A DNA stretch of 63,625 bases, counting the filler. It is 11 parts of 11 records of this genome, joined end to end, with 100 filler letters (N's around TTAATTAATTAA, not from the genome) between each part and the next. Parts side by side here need not be neighbours in the genome. Positions count along the whole stretch, not along the records: positions 45,909 to 52,013 come from SRR31156797_194383; positions 52,114 to 57,323 come from SRR31156797_205166; positions 57,424 to 63,625 come from SRR31156797_206791; 8 more parts are not named here. One strand, given 5' to 3'. Both the position numbers and the translations under genes were made by a program. The notes beneath the pieces were generated by a model that was not told the origin of the DNA, ran no database searches, and saw only the letters and a list, made by a program, of their open reading frames with translations. The first letter of the stretch is position 1, and each line of letters begins with the position of its first letter. Of this stretch, positions 51,621 through 61,153 are shown in pieces.

Positions 51621-51851
51621 CCCTGGTGCGTAAGCGGTATTCCCTGTTCTTCGGTTTTGGGTCCCTGTTCCCTCAGAAAAATACCCTGTTCCGTCGAGTA
51701 GGGAATTTACGGAAATGTGGACGTGATTTCAGGAGATTGCGGCAGGTGGACATGCCAAAATGTGGCTGATTTAGAATTATTTCCCAGTAATTTCCCGTAT
51801 AACAGGGAATATCAACGGAGACGGGTTCGCGCCAGACTGCGTGTTCCACCA
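51621..51851. repeat. Phased CCCTGTT repeat array with tRNA-3'-like att core (probable integrative element end)
   Basis: CCCTG(G/T)T at 51621, 51642, 51663 and 51684 (21-bp period); inverted AACAGGGAA at 51801; then GGTTCG...CCACCA ending at 51851. Confidence 0.55.
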
Positions 51852-52113
51852 CCCACCCGGGGTGTTTTTACCCACCAATTCCCGCTCGGAGACGAATGGC
51901 GGAATTCAGCGGCTTTCAGGCCGTTCTTCACATTTGAAAGCTGCTTGGAGACGGTATCTCGCGCCCAATTGAGGAGATTTGCAGGTAAAGTCTCTGTTTG
52001 GCGTTTCGTGTCANNNNNNNNNNNNNNNNNNNNNNNNNNNNNNNNNNNNNNNNNNNNTTAATTAATTAANNNNNNNNNNNNNNNNNNNNNNNNNNNNNNN
52101 NNNNNNNNNNNNN

Positions 52114-52269
52114 ACCAGCGGCGCCTTCGCCAAGGAATGGGTGGGCGAATACCAGGGCGGCCTCAAGAACTTCAACAAAGCGTACGACGACGATCACAAG
52201 AGCCAGTTGGAAGACGTCGGCCGGACGTTGCGCAAGATGATGAAGTGGATCGAGGCCAAAGAGGTCTAG
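52114..52269 (+). CDS. ilvC: Ketol-acid reductoisomerase, C-terminal fragment
   Basis: Reads SGAFAKEWVGEYQGGLKNF...QLEDVGRTLRKMMKWI, the class I KARI C-terminus. Not in the ORF track. Confidence 0.8.
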   Translation, partial: TSGAFAKEWVGEYQGGLKNFNKAYDDDHKSQLEDVGRTLRKMMKWIEAKEV

Positions 52270-52272
52270 AGC

Positions 52273-52307
52273 ATTGATTAGGGATTATTGACGATTGACT
52301 ATTTAGA
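52273..52307 (+). repeat. Degenerate heptamer tandem repeat
   Basis: ATTGATT AGGGATT ATTGACG ATTGACT ATTTAGA. Confidence 0.5.
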
Positions 52308-52336
52308 GAGCCGGCATGAGAGCTAGAGGACGGCAG

Positions 52337-53128
52337 ATGACAGACAGCAGGACTTCGTTCAGGCTTGTGTCACTCTGTCTTCTGGCTCTCGCCGGCTCTT
52401 TCTTCTTTGGCGGCTGCTCGGCCGTCCCCGACGAGTTCGCTTACGCCAGGCTTTCCAGTCCCTATTACCAAACGCGTCTCGGCGCCAGCAGCACGCTCGA
52501 CGTGCTGGCCCAGACCGAGGCGGCGGACTATCAGTTCGAGCCCGATCACATCGGCAAACAACTGCTCAGCCAGAGCGACACCATGGTGGCCCTTTCAGGA
52601 CAGAACGCCGACGGCTTCAAGACCTGGGTCAACCTGGTCGTCTTTGACGAAGGCCGCATGACGGCCCGCCGCAAGTACTTCTTCTGTAGCGACGAGCGGG
52701 CCACCAACACCAACACGGAACCCTTGGAATCGCTGGTCGGTCGGGGCAGGGGCCTGTACTTCGACGCCCAACTCCTCCTGGCCCCGGAGATCCGCACGAC
52801 GCCGTACGCGACCGAAGAGGCCCGGCAAATCGCCATCGTCCGCTGGCTGGCGGATCAATTCAACGCCGACGTGCGCCGCCTGACCAATCGCGTCGACGAA
52901 CCGACCAACGCCAACGAACTTCTCGCTACGGCCGGGATGATGATGAACCAAACCTTCCAGGGCGTCCTGCTGACGCTGAGCAAATCGCCCGGCCTGGCCC
53001 GCAACCTCGCCGGCACCAATGGCGTCGCCTTTCCTCACATCAGCCTCAACGAAGGCCGCGTCCAAATGCTCGCCACCGACGACGCCGTCGCCCTCAAGAT
53101 CCGCGTCAACCTCCCCCTGACTCCCTGA
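52337..53128 (+). CDS. Lipoprotein, unknown function
   Basis: ATG after GAGGA; signal peptide ending FFGGC; GC3-biased coding. Confidence 0.75.
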   Translation: MTDSRTSFRLVSLCLLALAGSFFFGGCSAVPDEFAYARLSSPYYQTRLGASSTLDVLAQTEAADYQFEPDHIGKQLLSQSDTMVALSGQNADGFKTWVNLVVFDEGRMTARRKYFFCSDERATNTNTEPLESLVGRGRGLYFDAQLLLAPEIRTTPYATEEARQIAIVRWLADQFNADVRRLTNRVDEPTNANELLATAGMMMNQTFQGVLLTLSKSPGLARNLAGTNGVAFPHISLNEGRVQMLATDDAVALKIRVNLPLTP

Positions 53129-53146
53129 CCAGCCAAAGGCAAGACC

Positions 53147-53175
53147 TTGTTTCATTAGCATGCCCCTGCTATAAT
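53147..53175 (+). promoter_or_regulatory. Sigma70 promoter of the TA operon
   Basis: TTGTTT-17-TATAAT with extended TG. Confidence 0.7.
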
Positions 53176-53228
53176 GAGGACTTGGCGGCAACGACAATGA
53201 CCGGACCGTAACCAGAGGTGAATCAGCC

Positions 53229-53435
53229 ATGCAGCCGAGACCGACTATCAAACCGGAGTATATCACGGACGGCGAGGGCGAGAAGAAAGCCGTGATCTTA
53301 TCCATCGAGGACTACCAGGAACTGATGGAGGACATCGACGACCTGGCTGTCCTGGCGGAGCGCAGGGAAGAGCCGACGATTTCGCACGAGGACCTCGTGG
53401 CAGACCTGAAGCGCAATGGCTACCTATCGAATTGA
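53229..53435 (+). CDS. Type II antitoxin (RelB/Phd-like, acidic)
   Basis: 68 aa, YITDGEGEKKAVILSIEDYQELMEDIDDL; overlaps the toxin start. Confidence 0.8.
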   Translation: MQPRPTIKPEYITDGEGEKKAVILSIEDYQELMEDIDDLAVLAERREEPTISHEDLVADLKRNGYLSN

Positions 53436-53679
53436 ATGGAAGGCCTCGGCCCTCCGCGAACTCAAGCGAATCGACAAACAGACCGTGCCACGGATCATCA
53501 CAGCCGTGGAATCGCTGGCCAACACTCCTTATCCCGCCGGCGTCAGAAAACTCCAGGGCACCGAACACACCTACCGGATGCGTGTCGCCGACTATCGGAT
53601 CCTCTACGAAGTCTATCGCAGTTCCATCCGCATCCAGGTCATCCGAGTCCGGCACCGCAAAGACGCGTACCGGCATTGA
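53416..53679 (+). CDS. RelE/ParE family toxin
   Basis: YRIEWKASALRELKRI...P.P.GVRKLQG...YRMRVADYRILYEV...RVRHRKDAY. Confidence 0.9.
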   Translation: MATYRIEWKASALRELKRIDKQTVPRIITAVESLANTPYPAGVRKLQGTEHTYRMRVADYRILYEVYRSSIRIQVIRVRHRKDAYRH

Positions 53680-53731
53680 CACACCCCAGAGCCAACCCGC
53701 AACAATAGCCCCGCACCGGACCCTGGGAGTA

Positions 53732-53835
53732 TCGCCTTTCCTCGCATCAGGCTCGACGAAGGCCGCGTCCAGATGCTCGCCACTGAAGACGCCGTGGCGA
53801 TCAAGATCCGCGTCAACCTGCCGTTGACCCCGTGA
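53732..53835 (+). repeat. Diverged direct repeat of the lipoprotein gene 3' end (53025-53128)
   Basis: 104 bp, ungapped, 14 mismatches by manual count; includes the stop codon. Confidence 0.92.
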
Positions 53836-53974
53836 CGAGCACGGCGGTGGCCATGCCTCGATAGGCGCGGCCAATGTCACGCCTGGCGAACAACGCATTT
53901 GCCTTTCCCTCAGCCTCGACATATAACGAACCCTGTGAGACGTGACAGCGACGGGTTTGTTGAGACAGAGGCAT

Positions 53975-55381
53975 ATGAAAACGCACGAACTGATAGCGCT
54001 GGGGATTCCCAAGGGTCCGGTCGTGGGCCTGGTTCACGCGGGAATCAAACAATGGGCCCAGGCCTCTGAGGGCCCGGTTGGAAAATCGCTGCTGGTGGCA
54101 CGAATTGCGGATCTGGCCAGGCATCCGGAGAACTACCAGGAAGACGAGTATTTCGCCCCGGCGGCCAACCAGTTGCTGGAGATCGCCGAGTCGGAGCCTC
54201 CTTACGTCCCCCGCCCGGAACCGGCGGCCTATCGCCAGTGGGGGACGGATCTGGAGCCGGAGGCGATACGGCAGATGGAAAATGCCTGCCAACTGCCGGT
54301 CTCCGTCTGCGGGGCGCTGATGCCCGACGCCCATGTCGGCTACGGCCTGCCCATCGGCGGCGTGCTGGCCTCCGACAACGCCGTCATTCCGTACGCCGTC
54401 GGGGTGGATATCGCCTGCCGCATGAAGATGACCGTGCTGGATCTGCCGGTGACCGCCTTGACGGGGCAGGTCGATCGACTCAAGAAGGCGCTGGAGCGGG
54501 AAACTCGCTTTGGAGTCGGGGCCAGCTTTCAGCAGCGACACGAGCATGCGGTGATGGATGAAGACTGGTCGTTCAGCCCGGAGGTGAGCAAGCACAAGGA
54601 CAAGGCGTGGAACCAGTTGGGGACCAGCGGCAGCGGCAATCATTTTGTGGAGTTCGGGACCCTGACACTGGAACGCGACGATCTGGGTCTCGAGGCGGGC
54701 ACCTATCTGGCGCTGCTGAGCCACAGCGGCAGTCGGGGGCCGGGAAACCAAATCGCCACGCACTATAGCAAGCTGGCCCGGCAGGAACATCCGGAACTGC
54801 CGAAAGAACTGGCCTACCTGGCCTGGCTGGACATGAACAGCGAACCGGGACAGGCCTACTGGCAGGCGATGCAACTGATGGGGCGCTACGCCGCGGCCAA
54901 CCACGAACTGATCCACCGCGCGATCGCTCGGAACCTGAAGGCCGATGTGCGGCTGGACATCGAGAACCATCACAACTTCGCCTGGAAAGAGGTGCACCTG
55001 GGCAAGGAAGTGATCGTGCACCGAAAAGGGGCCACGCCCGCACCGGCGGGCAGGTTGGGCATCATCCCCGGTTCGATGGGAACCAGCGGCTACGTGGTCC
55101 GGGGCAAAGGACAGCCCGACTCGCTCGATTCGGCCTCGCACGGCGCCGGGCGCCGGATGAGCCGTACGCAGGCCAGAAAGACCTTCCGCTGGTCGCATGT
55201 GAAGAAGTACCTGGAAGAAAAGGGAATCCTCCTGCTCTCGGCAGGCCTGGACGAAGTGCCGATGGCCTACAAGGACATCGATCAGGTCATGGCCGCCCAA
55301 AGCGACTTAGTCGAGCCGGTCGCCCGTTTCGATCCGAAGATTGTCAAAATGGCCCCGCCGGGTGAGAGGCCGGAAGACTAG
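53975..55381 (+). CDS. rtcB: RtcB family RNA ligase
   Basis: MPDAHVGYGLPIG, VGVDIAC, LGTSGSGNHF, HSGSRG, HHN, HRKGAT, IPGSMG, SASHGAGR, DEVPMAYK. Confidence 0.95.
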   Translation: MKTHELIALGIPKGPVVGLVHAGIKQWAQASEGPVGKSLLVARIADLARHPENYQEDEYFAPAANQLLEIAESEPPYVPRPEPAAYRQWGTDLEPEAIRQMENACQLPVSVCGALMPDAHVGYGLPIGGVLASDNAVIPYAVGVDIACRMKMTVLDLPVTALTGQVDRLKKALERETRFGVGASFQQRHEHAVMDEDWSFSPEVSKHKDKAWNQLGTSGSGNHFVEFGTLTLERDDLGLEAGTYLALLSHSGSRGPGNQIATHYSKLARQEHPELPKELAYLAWLDMNSEPGQAYWQAMQLMGRYAAANHELIHRAIARNLKADVRLDIENHHNFAWKEVHLGKEVIVHRKGATPAPAGRLGIIPGSMGTSGYVVRGKGQPDSLDSASHGAGRRMSRTQARKTFRWSHVKKYLEEKGILLLSAGLDEVPMAYKDIDQVMAAQSDLVEPVARFDPKIVKMAPPGERPED

Positions 55382-55417
55382 CAGCACCGGCGGGGCCCGT
55401 CACTCGGGAGATGTTGC

Positions 55418-57323
55418 ATGAAAACTCATGTGTCGTATCTTGCCTTGGTTGCATTCGTCCTACTCGGTTTCGGCGTCCCTTCCGCAACGCTCGCACAGAC
55501 CGCGGAACAAAGCAACTCCGATGCCATCGCAGCGGCTCGTGGGCTGTTGGATCGTCTCTTTCCGGGCAGCGCACAGAGGGACGCGTTTGTCTTTGTTCAG
55601 ATCCCGGACCAGGAATCCCGGGATTGCTTCGAGATCGAGACGCGGGACGGGCAGGTCATCATCGGGGGCAACAACGCGGTCTCCATGGCGGTCGGACTGA
55701 ATTGGTATCTGAAATACACTTGTCATTGCCACGTCTCGTTTCGGGGGCGGCAATTGAATCTACCCGAAGCGCTGCCGGCCGTGCCTGCCAAGATGCGTCG
55801 CACGGCCTGGGCCCAGACGCGCTATTTCCTGAACTACTGCTGCTTCGGCTACTCGCTGCCCTTCTGGGATTTCGAGCAGTGGGAACAGCTCATCGACTGG
55901 ATGGCGTTGAACGGGATCAACGCCCCGCTGTCGGTCACGGGCGCCGAAGCGGTGTGGCAGGCGGTGTGTCGTCAACTGGACATGACGGAGGCCCAGATCG
56001 CCGAGTTCCTGGCCGGCCCGCCCTTTCTGCCGTTTCAATGGATGGGCTGTCTGGACGGCTGGGGCGGCCCCCTGCCCCAGACCTGGATCGCGCAACACGA
56101 ACAATTGGGCCGGCGCATCCTGGCCCGGCAGCGCCAACTGGGCATGACACCCGTCCTTCAGGGTTTCACCGGTCATGTGCCGGCCGTGGTGGCGCAGAAG
56201 GCGAAGGACGCCACCTCGCAAAAGGTCGAGTGGCTGGAATGGAAGACGCATCTCATGGACCCGTTGAGTCCGAAGTTTGCCGAGATCGCCCGGCTGTGGA
56301 TGGCCGAGCAACAGAAGCGTTTCGGATCGGACCACCTCTACGCGGCCGATTGCTTCATCGAAATGGTGCCCCCCCGAGGCGACCTGGAATACCTGGCGGA
56401 TCTGAGTCGTGCCATCTACAGCGGCATGGCCGCCAGCGATCCGGAAGCGGTGTGGGTCCTCCAGGGCTGGGCCTTCATGTACAATAGACAGTTCTGGACC
56501 CAGCCTCGTTTCAAAGCTTTTCTCGATGCGATTGAAAACGAGCGCATGCTGGTGTTGGATCTGTTCTGCGAATCGACTCCCATGTGGAACGTCACCGACG
56601 CGTTCTGTGGCAAGCCCTGGCTGTGGTGCAATATTCAGACCTTTGGCTGCCAGGTGAATATGGGAGGCGAACTGGACAAGATCGTCTCCGACCTCGATAG
56701 CGCCCGGCGTGACCCGAACCGGGGGCAATTGTCCGGGCTCGGCTTCGTCAACGAGGGACTGGACTACAATCCGGTGGTTTACGACCTGATGTTCGAATCG
56801 GCCTGGCGCGAGGAACCGGTCGATGTCACGGCGTGGCTGGATCAATACAGCCATCATCGCTACGGCGCCGCTCATCCGGCAGCGCAGCAGGCGTGGCACT
56901 TGCTCCATGCCCACGCCTATAACAAACGCCAGAGTGGTGGTTCCGTAATCGTGGCCAAACCGACACTGAAGCCGCATGCTCCCATCAGCAACGCAGCGCA
57001 GATGGCCGCGGCCTGGGAGCATCTTCTCAATGCGGCCGATCAATTCCACTCGGTCGATACCTACCGATTCGATCTGGTCCAGGTCGCGCGGCACTGCCTG
57101 TCCGGACATGCCAGTGACCTCCAGCGTCAAGTAGTCACCGCGCATCAAGAAAAGGACGTCGCGGCGTTCGAACGGGCGTCGCATCGCTTCCTGGACCTCC
57201 TGCGTGACATCGATACACTACTGGCCACGCGCGAGGAGTTCCTGTTGGGCCGCTGGCTCGAAGACGCCAAACGCTGGGGAGCCACCGACGCCGAGCAGGC
57301 GAGGCTGCAATGGAATGCCCGCC
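55418..57323 (+). CDS. GH89 alpha-N-acetylglucosaminidase, 3'-truncated
   Basis: Signal peptide; RYFLNYCCFGYS, WEQLIDWMALNGIN, GWGGPLP, LGMTPVL, WVLQGW. Confidence 0.9.
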
Positions 57324-57423
57324 NNNNNNNNNNNNNNNNNNNNNNNNNNNNNNNNNNNNNNNNNNNNTTAATTAATTAANNNNNNNNNNNNNNNNNNNNN
57401 NNNNNNNNNNNNNNNNNNNNNNN

Positions 57424-58367
57424 ATGATCATTGCACCGAGCAGCGCCTGTTGGAAATATTGGTTGATACCTACGACGTTCATCCCGTTGTCGAGCAGGCT
57501 CAGGAACAACGTTCCGAAGAAAACGCTAAGCACGCCACCCGTGCCGCCGGTCAAAGCCGTCCCTCCAACCACTACGGCCGCAATGGAATTCAATACGTAA
57601 GATGTTCCCACCACCGGATCGCCGCCGTAGCGGACGGAAGAGATGACGATACCCACCATTGCGGCGCAAACGCCGGAAAACATGAACGCCACATTCCGGG
57701 TCTTGACGATATCTGTACCGGACATCCAAGCCATTTTGATATTGCTACCGACGAAGTAAATATTTCGGCCGGTGCGCGTAAGTCGCAAAAATGCATATGT
57801 AAAAATTAGAGTTCCGAGGCCAAAGAGCAGGACATTGCTAACCCCCAGAAAAGAGCCATTGACGACGTCAAAGAAGCCATAGTCGTTGGGAGAGGCACTA
57901 ATTGGCCTGGGAGATACGAGATAGGCCAGGCTGGTGAAGATGCCGCCGGTGCCGAGTGTGGCGATAAAAGACGGAATCTTCACCCTTGTGAGAATGAGTC
58001 CGTTCACGTAGCCAAGAACCAAGCCTGTCGCCAGACAGATTGGGAACGCCCAGAATCCGACTTTATTTATAAGAAGGACAAACATTACGGAGACAAGTGA
58101 AATCGTACCACCAACGGAAAGGTCGATCCCTCCGATGAGGATGGCAAACATCTGACCCAATGCGACAATGAGTAGGATCGCGCCGAAACTCAAAATGGTG
58201 TTTACGTTGTATGGAGACAGGAAATTCTTATTTCCAATCGCCATTGCCAGCCCGACAATCAAAATCAATGCAATAGTGAGATGGATAGGTTTTAAATGGC
58301 GCACCATCCCCATCAAGACCTTCCGTCCTGTCTGTTGTCCGGCTTCACCACGCGGTTTCTTCGCCAT
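57424..58367 (-). CDS. Sugar ABC transporter permease (RbsC-like), 3'-truncated
   Basis: GGIDLSVG, IPSFIATLG, IAAVVVGGTALTGG. Confidence 0.92.
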
Positions 58368-58408
58368 TTAATTGTTCCTTTTGTTGTCTCCGATTTCCGG
58401 GAGCCTTC

Positions 58409-59947
58409 TCAAACGATCAGTTTGATGAGTTCCTGAGGGCTGGGCTTATGCCCGGAGGAAGATTCCAACTCGCCGACAAAGCGCCCTTCCCGCATGACGA
58501 GAAGACGATTGGCCAAACCGATATCCTCTTCCAGCGTATCGCACATGATGATCATCGCGATGCCGGACTTCGCAAACCTTCGAACAAGCCGGTAGACTTC
58601 GTCTTTCGCTCCGATGTCGACGCCCCGGGTCGGGTGATCCAGTATGAGCAATCGAACGTCGGAACTAAGCCATTTGGATAGAATGACCTTCTGCTGATTA
58701 CCGCCACTCAGGCCGGAGCAAGCCGAATTGATGGACGGAGTCTTTACCAGGCATTCCTTGACCCACCTCTCAGCATGGTCCTTTTCCATCTTGCCGTTGA
58801 TCAACCCCGCTTTCTTGAGCTTATCCAAGACCAGGTAGTTGATGTTGTCGGCGACCGTCATGTTGAGAGCCAGTCCCTCTTGTCTTCGCTCTATGGGAAC
58901 GTGCCCGATACCACTAAGAACTGCAGCCCTCGATGATCCATTGAGCGGTTTCTTGCCGTCGATCGTGACGCTTCCATTGTCGTATTTGTCGAGTCCAGCG
59001 ATGCATCTGCAGAGCTCTTCTTTCCCGGAGCCTACGAGGCCCACCAGGCTGACAATTTCGCCTTCATGAACTTCAAAGCTGAGTGGCTCAAATGCGCCTG
59101 CCTTTCCAATCTGCTCGACCTTGAATACGACCGAATCTCCCGGCACAAGCTGCTCATTTTCGCGAAAACGATCGCCCGAGAATTCGTGCCCCACCATGAG
59201 CTTTTCGACCTCGGAAGTCCTCACACCCGTTGTCGGCATGTCCGTGACATTTTGACCGTCCTTTAGAACCACAATGCGATCGCAGTTTTCGAGAACCTCC
59301 TGCAGTCGATGGGAAATGAAGATGATCGATGCGCTGCTCTTCAACTCGTTCAGAATTTCGAAGAGCCGTTCCGTCTCACCGTCGTTGAGTACTGTCGTCG
59401 GTTCATCCAAAATCACGATCGGATTCTCCGTACCGTACATCTCGGAAAGCCACAGCACTCGGGCGATCTCGACCATCTGTTTTGCCGCCGGCGTCAGAGA
59501 CGACACGGGAAGGTCGACATCAACGTCAATTTTCAATTGAGCGAGCAGGCGTCTTGCTTCTGCCGCCATTTTGCGTCGGGAAAGCGTTCCAAACTTCGAA
59601 AAAACGTGCTCGTGGCAGAGAAACAGGTTCTCCATTACCGAAAGATTCGGGATCAACGAGCCTTCCTGAAAGACCGCTCCTATCCCTTTCTCGATCGCGT
59701 CGGAGGTCCCCTTCACGACGATCTCCCGGCCGTTGAGCGATATATGCCCTTCGTCCGGTGGGTAGATTCCGATCATGATCTTCGTCAGGACGGACTTTCC
59801 CGCCCCGTTTTCACCGACCAAACCCAGGATCTCGTTCTTGCGGACCTCGAGGCCCACTTGATCGAGCGCAGTGACACCGGGGAATCGACGCGTAATGCCT
59901 TCCATTGAAAGGACCACGTTTTGGGCGGGAGAGATTGCTGTTTCCAT
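58409..59947 (-). CDS. Sugar ABC transporter ATP-binding protein (RbsA-like, two domains)
   Basis: GENGAGKS, ILDEPT, LSGGNQQK, LDHPTRGVD. Confidence 0.93.
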   Translation of the reverse strand: METAISPAQNVVLSMEGITRRFPGVTALDQVGLEVRKNEILGLVGENGAGKSVLTKIMIGIYPPDEGHISLNGREIVVKGTSDAIEKGIGAVFQEGSLIPNLSVMENLFLCHEHVFSKFGTLSRRKMAAEARRLLAQLKIDVDVDLPVSSLTPAAKQMVEIARVLWLSEMYGTENPIVILDEPTTVLNDGETERLFEILNELKSSASIIFISHRLQEVLENCDRIVVLKDGQNVTDMPTTGVRTSEVEKLMVGHEFSGDRFRENEQLVPGDSVVFKVEQIGKAGAFEPLSFEVHEGEIVSLVGLVGSGKEELCRCIAGLDKYDNGSVTIDGKKPLNGSSRAAVLSGIGHVPIERRQEGLALNMTVADNINYLVLDKLKKAGLINGKMEKDHAERWVKECLVKTPSINSACSGLSGGNQQKVILSKWLSSDVRLLILDHPTRGVDIGAKDEVYRLVRRFAKSGIAMIIMCDTLEEDIGLANRLLVMREGRFVGELESSSGHKPSPQELIKLIV

Positions 59948-59961
59948 GGGTTCCTACCGTG

Positions 59962-60993
59962 TCACTTGATGAAGCCCAACTTCTTGCGGTCGAGCGTGAG
60001 AGCCACAGCAACGATCAAGACCACACCGTTGACTGCGGCCTGGGCATATGGACTTACCGCCATAAGGACCATGCCGTTGTTGAGAGCGGCAAGGAGCAAC
60101 GCGCCGAAAAACGCATTCTTCGCCCCACCAAGTCCTCCCGTAAGAGCAACGCCCCCCACGACGACTGCGGTGATGACGGGAAAAAGAAGATTGAGGCCAG
60201 CCCGGGAAGTAGCGGTTCCCATGCGGCAGACAAGCAGCACCGCCCCTAATCCATAGAGGCAACCGGCTATCGAAAACGCAAGTATCTTTATTCTGTCAAC
60301 ATTGACGCCCAATTGATGGGCAAGAGCCTCATCGCCTCCGACCGCATAAAGGTGTCGCCCGGCGCGTGTCCTGTCTTCAAAAAACTGAATGATGATCGCA
60401 ATGCCAATCGCCACCAGGACAATATTGGAAATACCGAGGGGCTTGCCGTTGATGAAGGTTTGGATGCGCTCATCAAGCAGCCTGATGAGCATGGACTTGT
60501 TTATGTAGACGGCAATTCCGTACAAGACAAAACTCATTCCCAAAGTCGTAATGAAGGAGGGAATTCTTAGTTTGGTGTGCAATACACCGGTAAGGAGCCC
60601 GGCGGCCCCACCGATGGCGATGCTTATCGGCAATATCCAAAGGCCGACATCGTTGCTATTGAACTTGTTCTGGACAAGCAATCCGACGAAGACGGCACAC
60701 AGCGCGACGGTTCCCTGAAGAGAAAGGTCGATTCCACCGACCACGATCGTCAGGTGAAGGCCAATGGCCAAGATCGCAGGAATGGCGGCCAGACTGAGCA
60801 CGACCTGAATATTTGCCCAAGACAGGTTCTTTCCCTGGGTGCCAATAGCGAAAATGGTAATAACCAGTGCAATGGATATGAGTTGTGCCAAGATTCCGGA
60901 ACGGCGCAACAGGTTTCTGGCGACCTTGCCTACGGCTCCAGGCGAAAATCTATGCACAAGGGTAGGGTCAGTGATGCTTTCTTCTTGTTTCAT
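59962..60993 (-). CDS. Sugar ABC transporter permease
   Basis: GGIDLS, IPSFITTLG, AVVVGGVALTGG. Confidence 0.92.
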   Translation of the reverse strand: MKQEESITDPTLVHRFSPGAVGKVARNLLRRSGILAQLISIALVITIFAIGTQGKNLSWANIQVVLSLAAIPAILAIGLHLTIVVGGIDLSLQGTVALCAVFVGLLVQNKFNSNDVGLWILPISIAIGGAAGLLTGVLHTKLRIPSFITTLGMSFVLYGIAVYINKSMLIRLLDERIQTFINGKPLGISNIVLVAIGIAIIIQFFEDRTRAGRHLYAVGGDEALAHQLGVNVDRIKILAFSIAGCLYGLGAVLLVCRMGTATSRAGLNLLFPVITAVVVGGVALTGGLGGAKNAFFGALLLAALNNGMVLMAVSPYAQAAVNGVVLIVAVALTLDRKKLGFIK

Positions 60994-61054
60994 GAACAGC
61001 AATCCTTCCTATTGCACAGAACGCTGGCGCCATTTTGGGGTTGGGATTCGCGGG

Positions 61055-61086
61055 AAAAAATGGGGGGCGCTCACGGGCGACCCCCA
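61055..61086 (-). terminator. Hairpin with U-tract between the binding-protein and permease genes
   Basis: Minus strand TGGGGGTCGCCCGTGAGCGCCCCCCA followed by TTTTTT. Confidence 0.6.
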
Positions 61087-61153
61087 GCTGAGTCGGTATG
61101 TTTGCGGGTCAGGGAGAGAAAAGCTCCTGAATTCGTAGCCTAACCCGCAAAGC

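Noticed and set aside
51817-51851. Possible tRNA gene
   Set aside because: Only a degenerate 3'-like motif; no D-arm or anticodon arm can be folded.
53677-53835. Duplicated lipoprotein tail is in frame with the toxin after its TGA
   Set aside because: One-in-three chance; the toxin ends at the normal RelE C-terminus and there is no evidence for readthrough.
53813-57184. 495-aa and 474-aa antisense ORFs over rtcB and GH89
   Set aside because: Same shadow-frame effect; the sense genes carry complete family motifs.
6332-57423. Ten regularly spaced TTAATTAATTAA motifs, and apparent gene clusters spanning them
   Set aside because: These are artificial N-padded linkers with six-frame stops. ORFs ending in X-runs or LIN are truncations, and neighbours across linkers come from different organisms.
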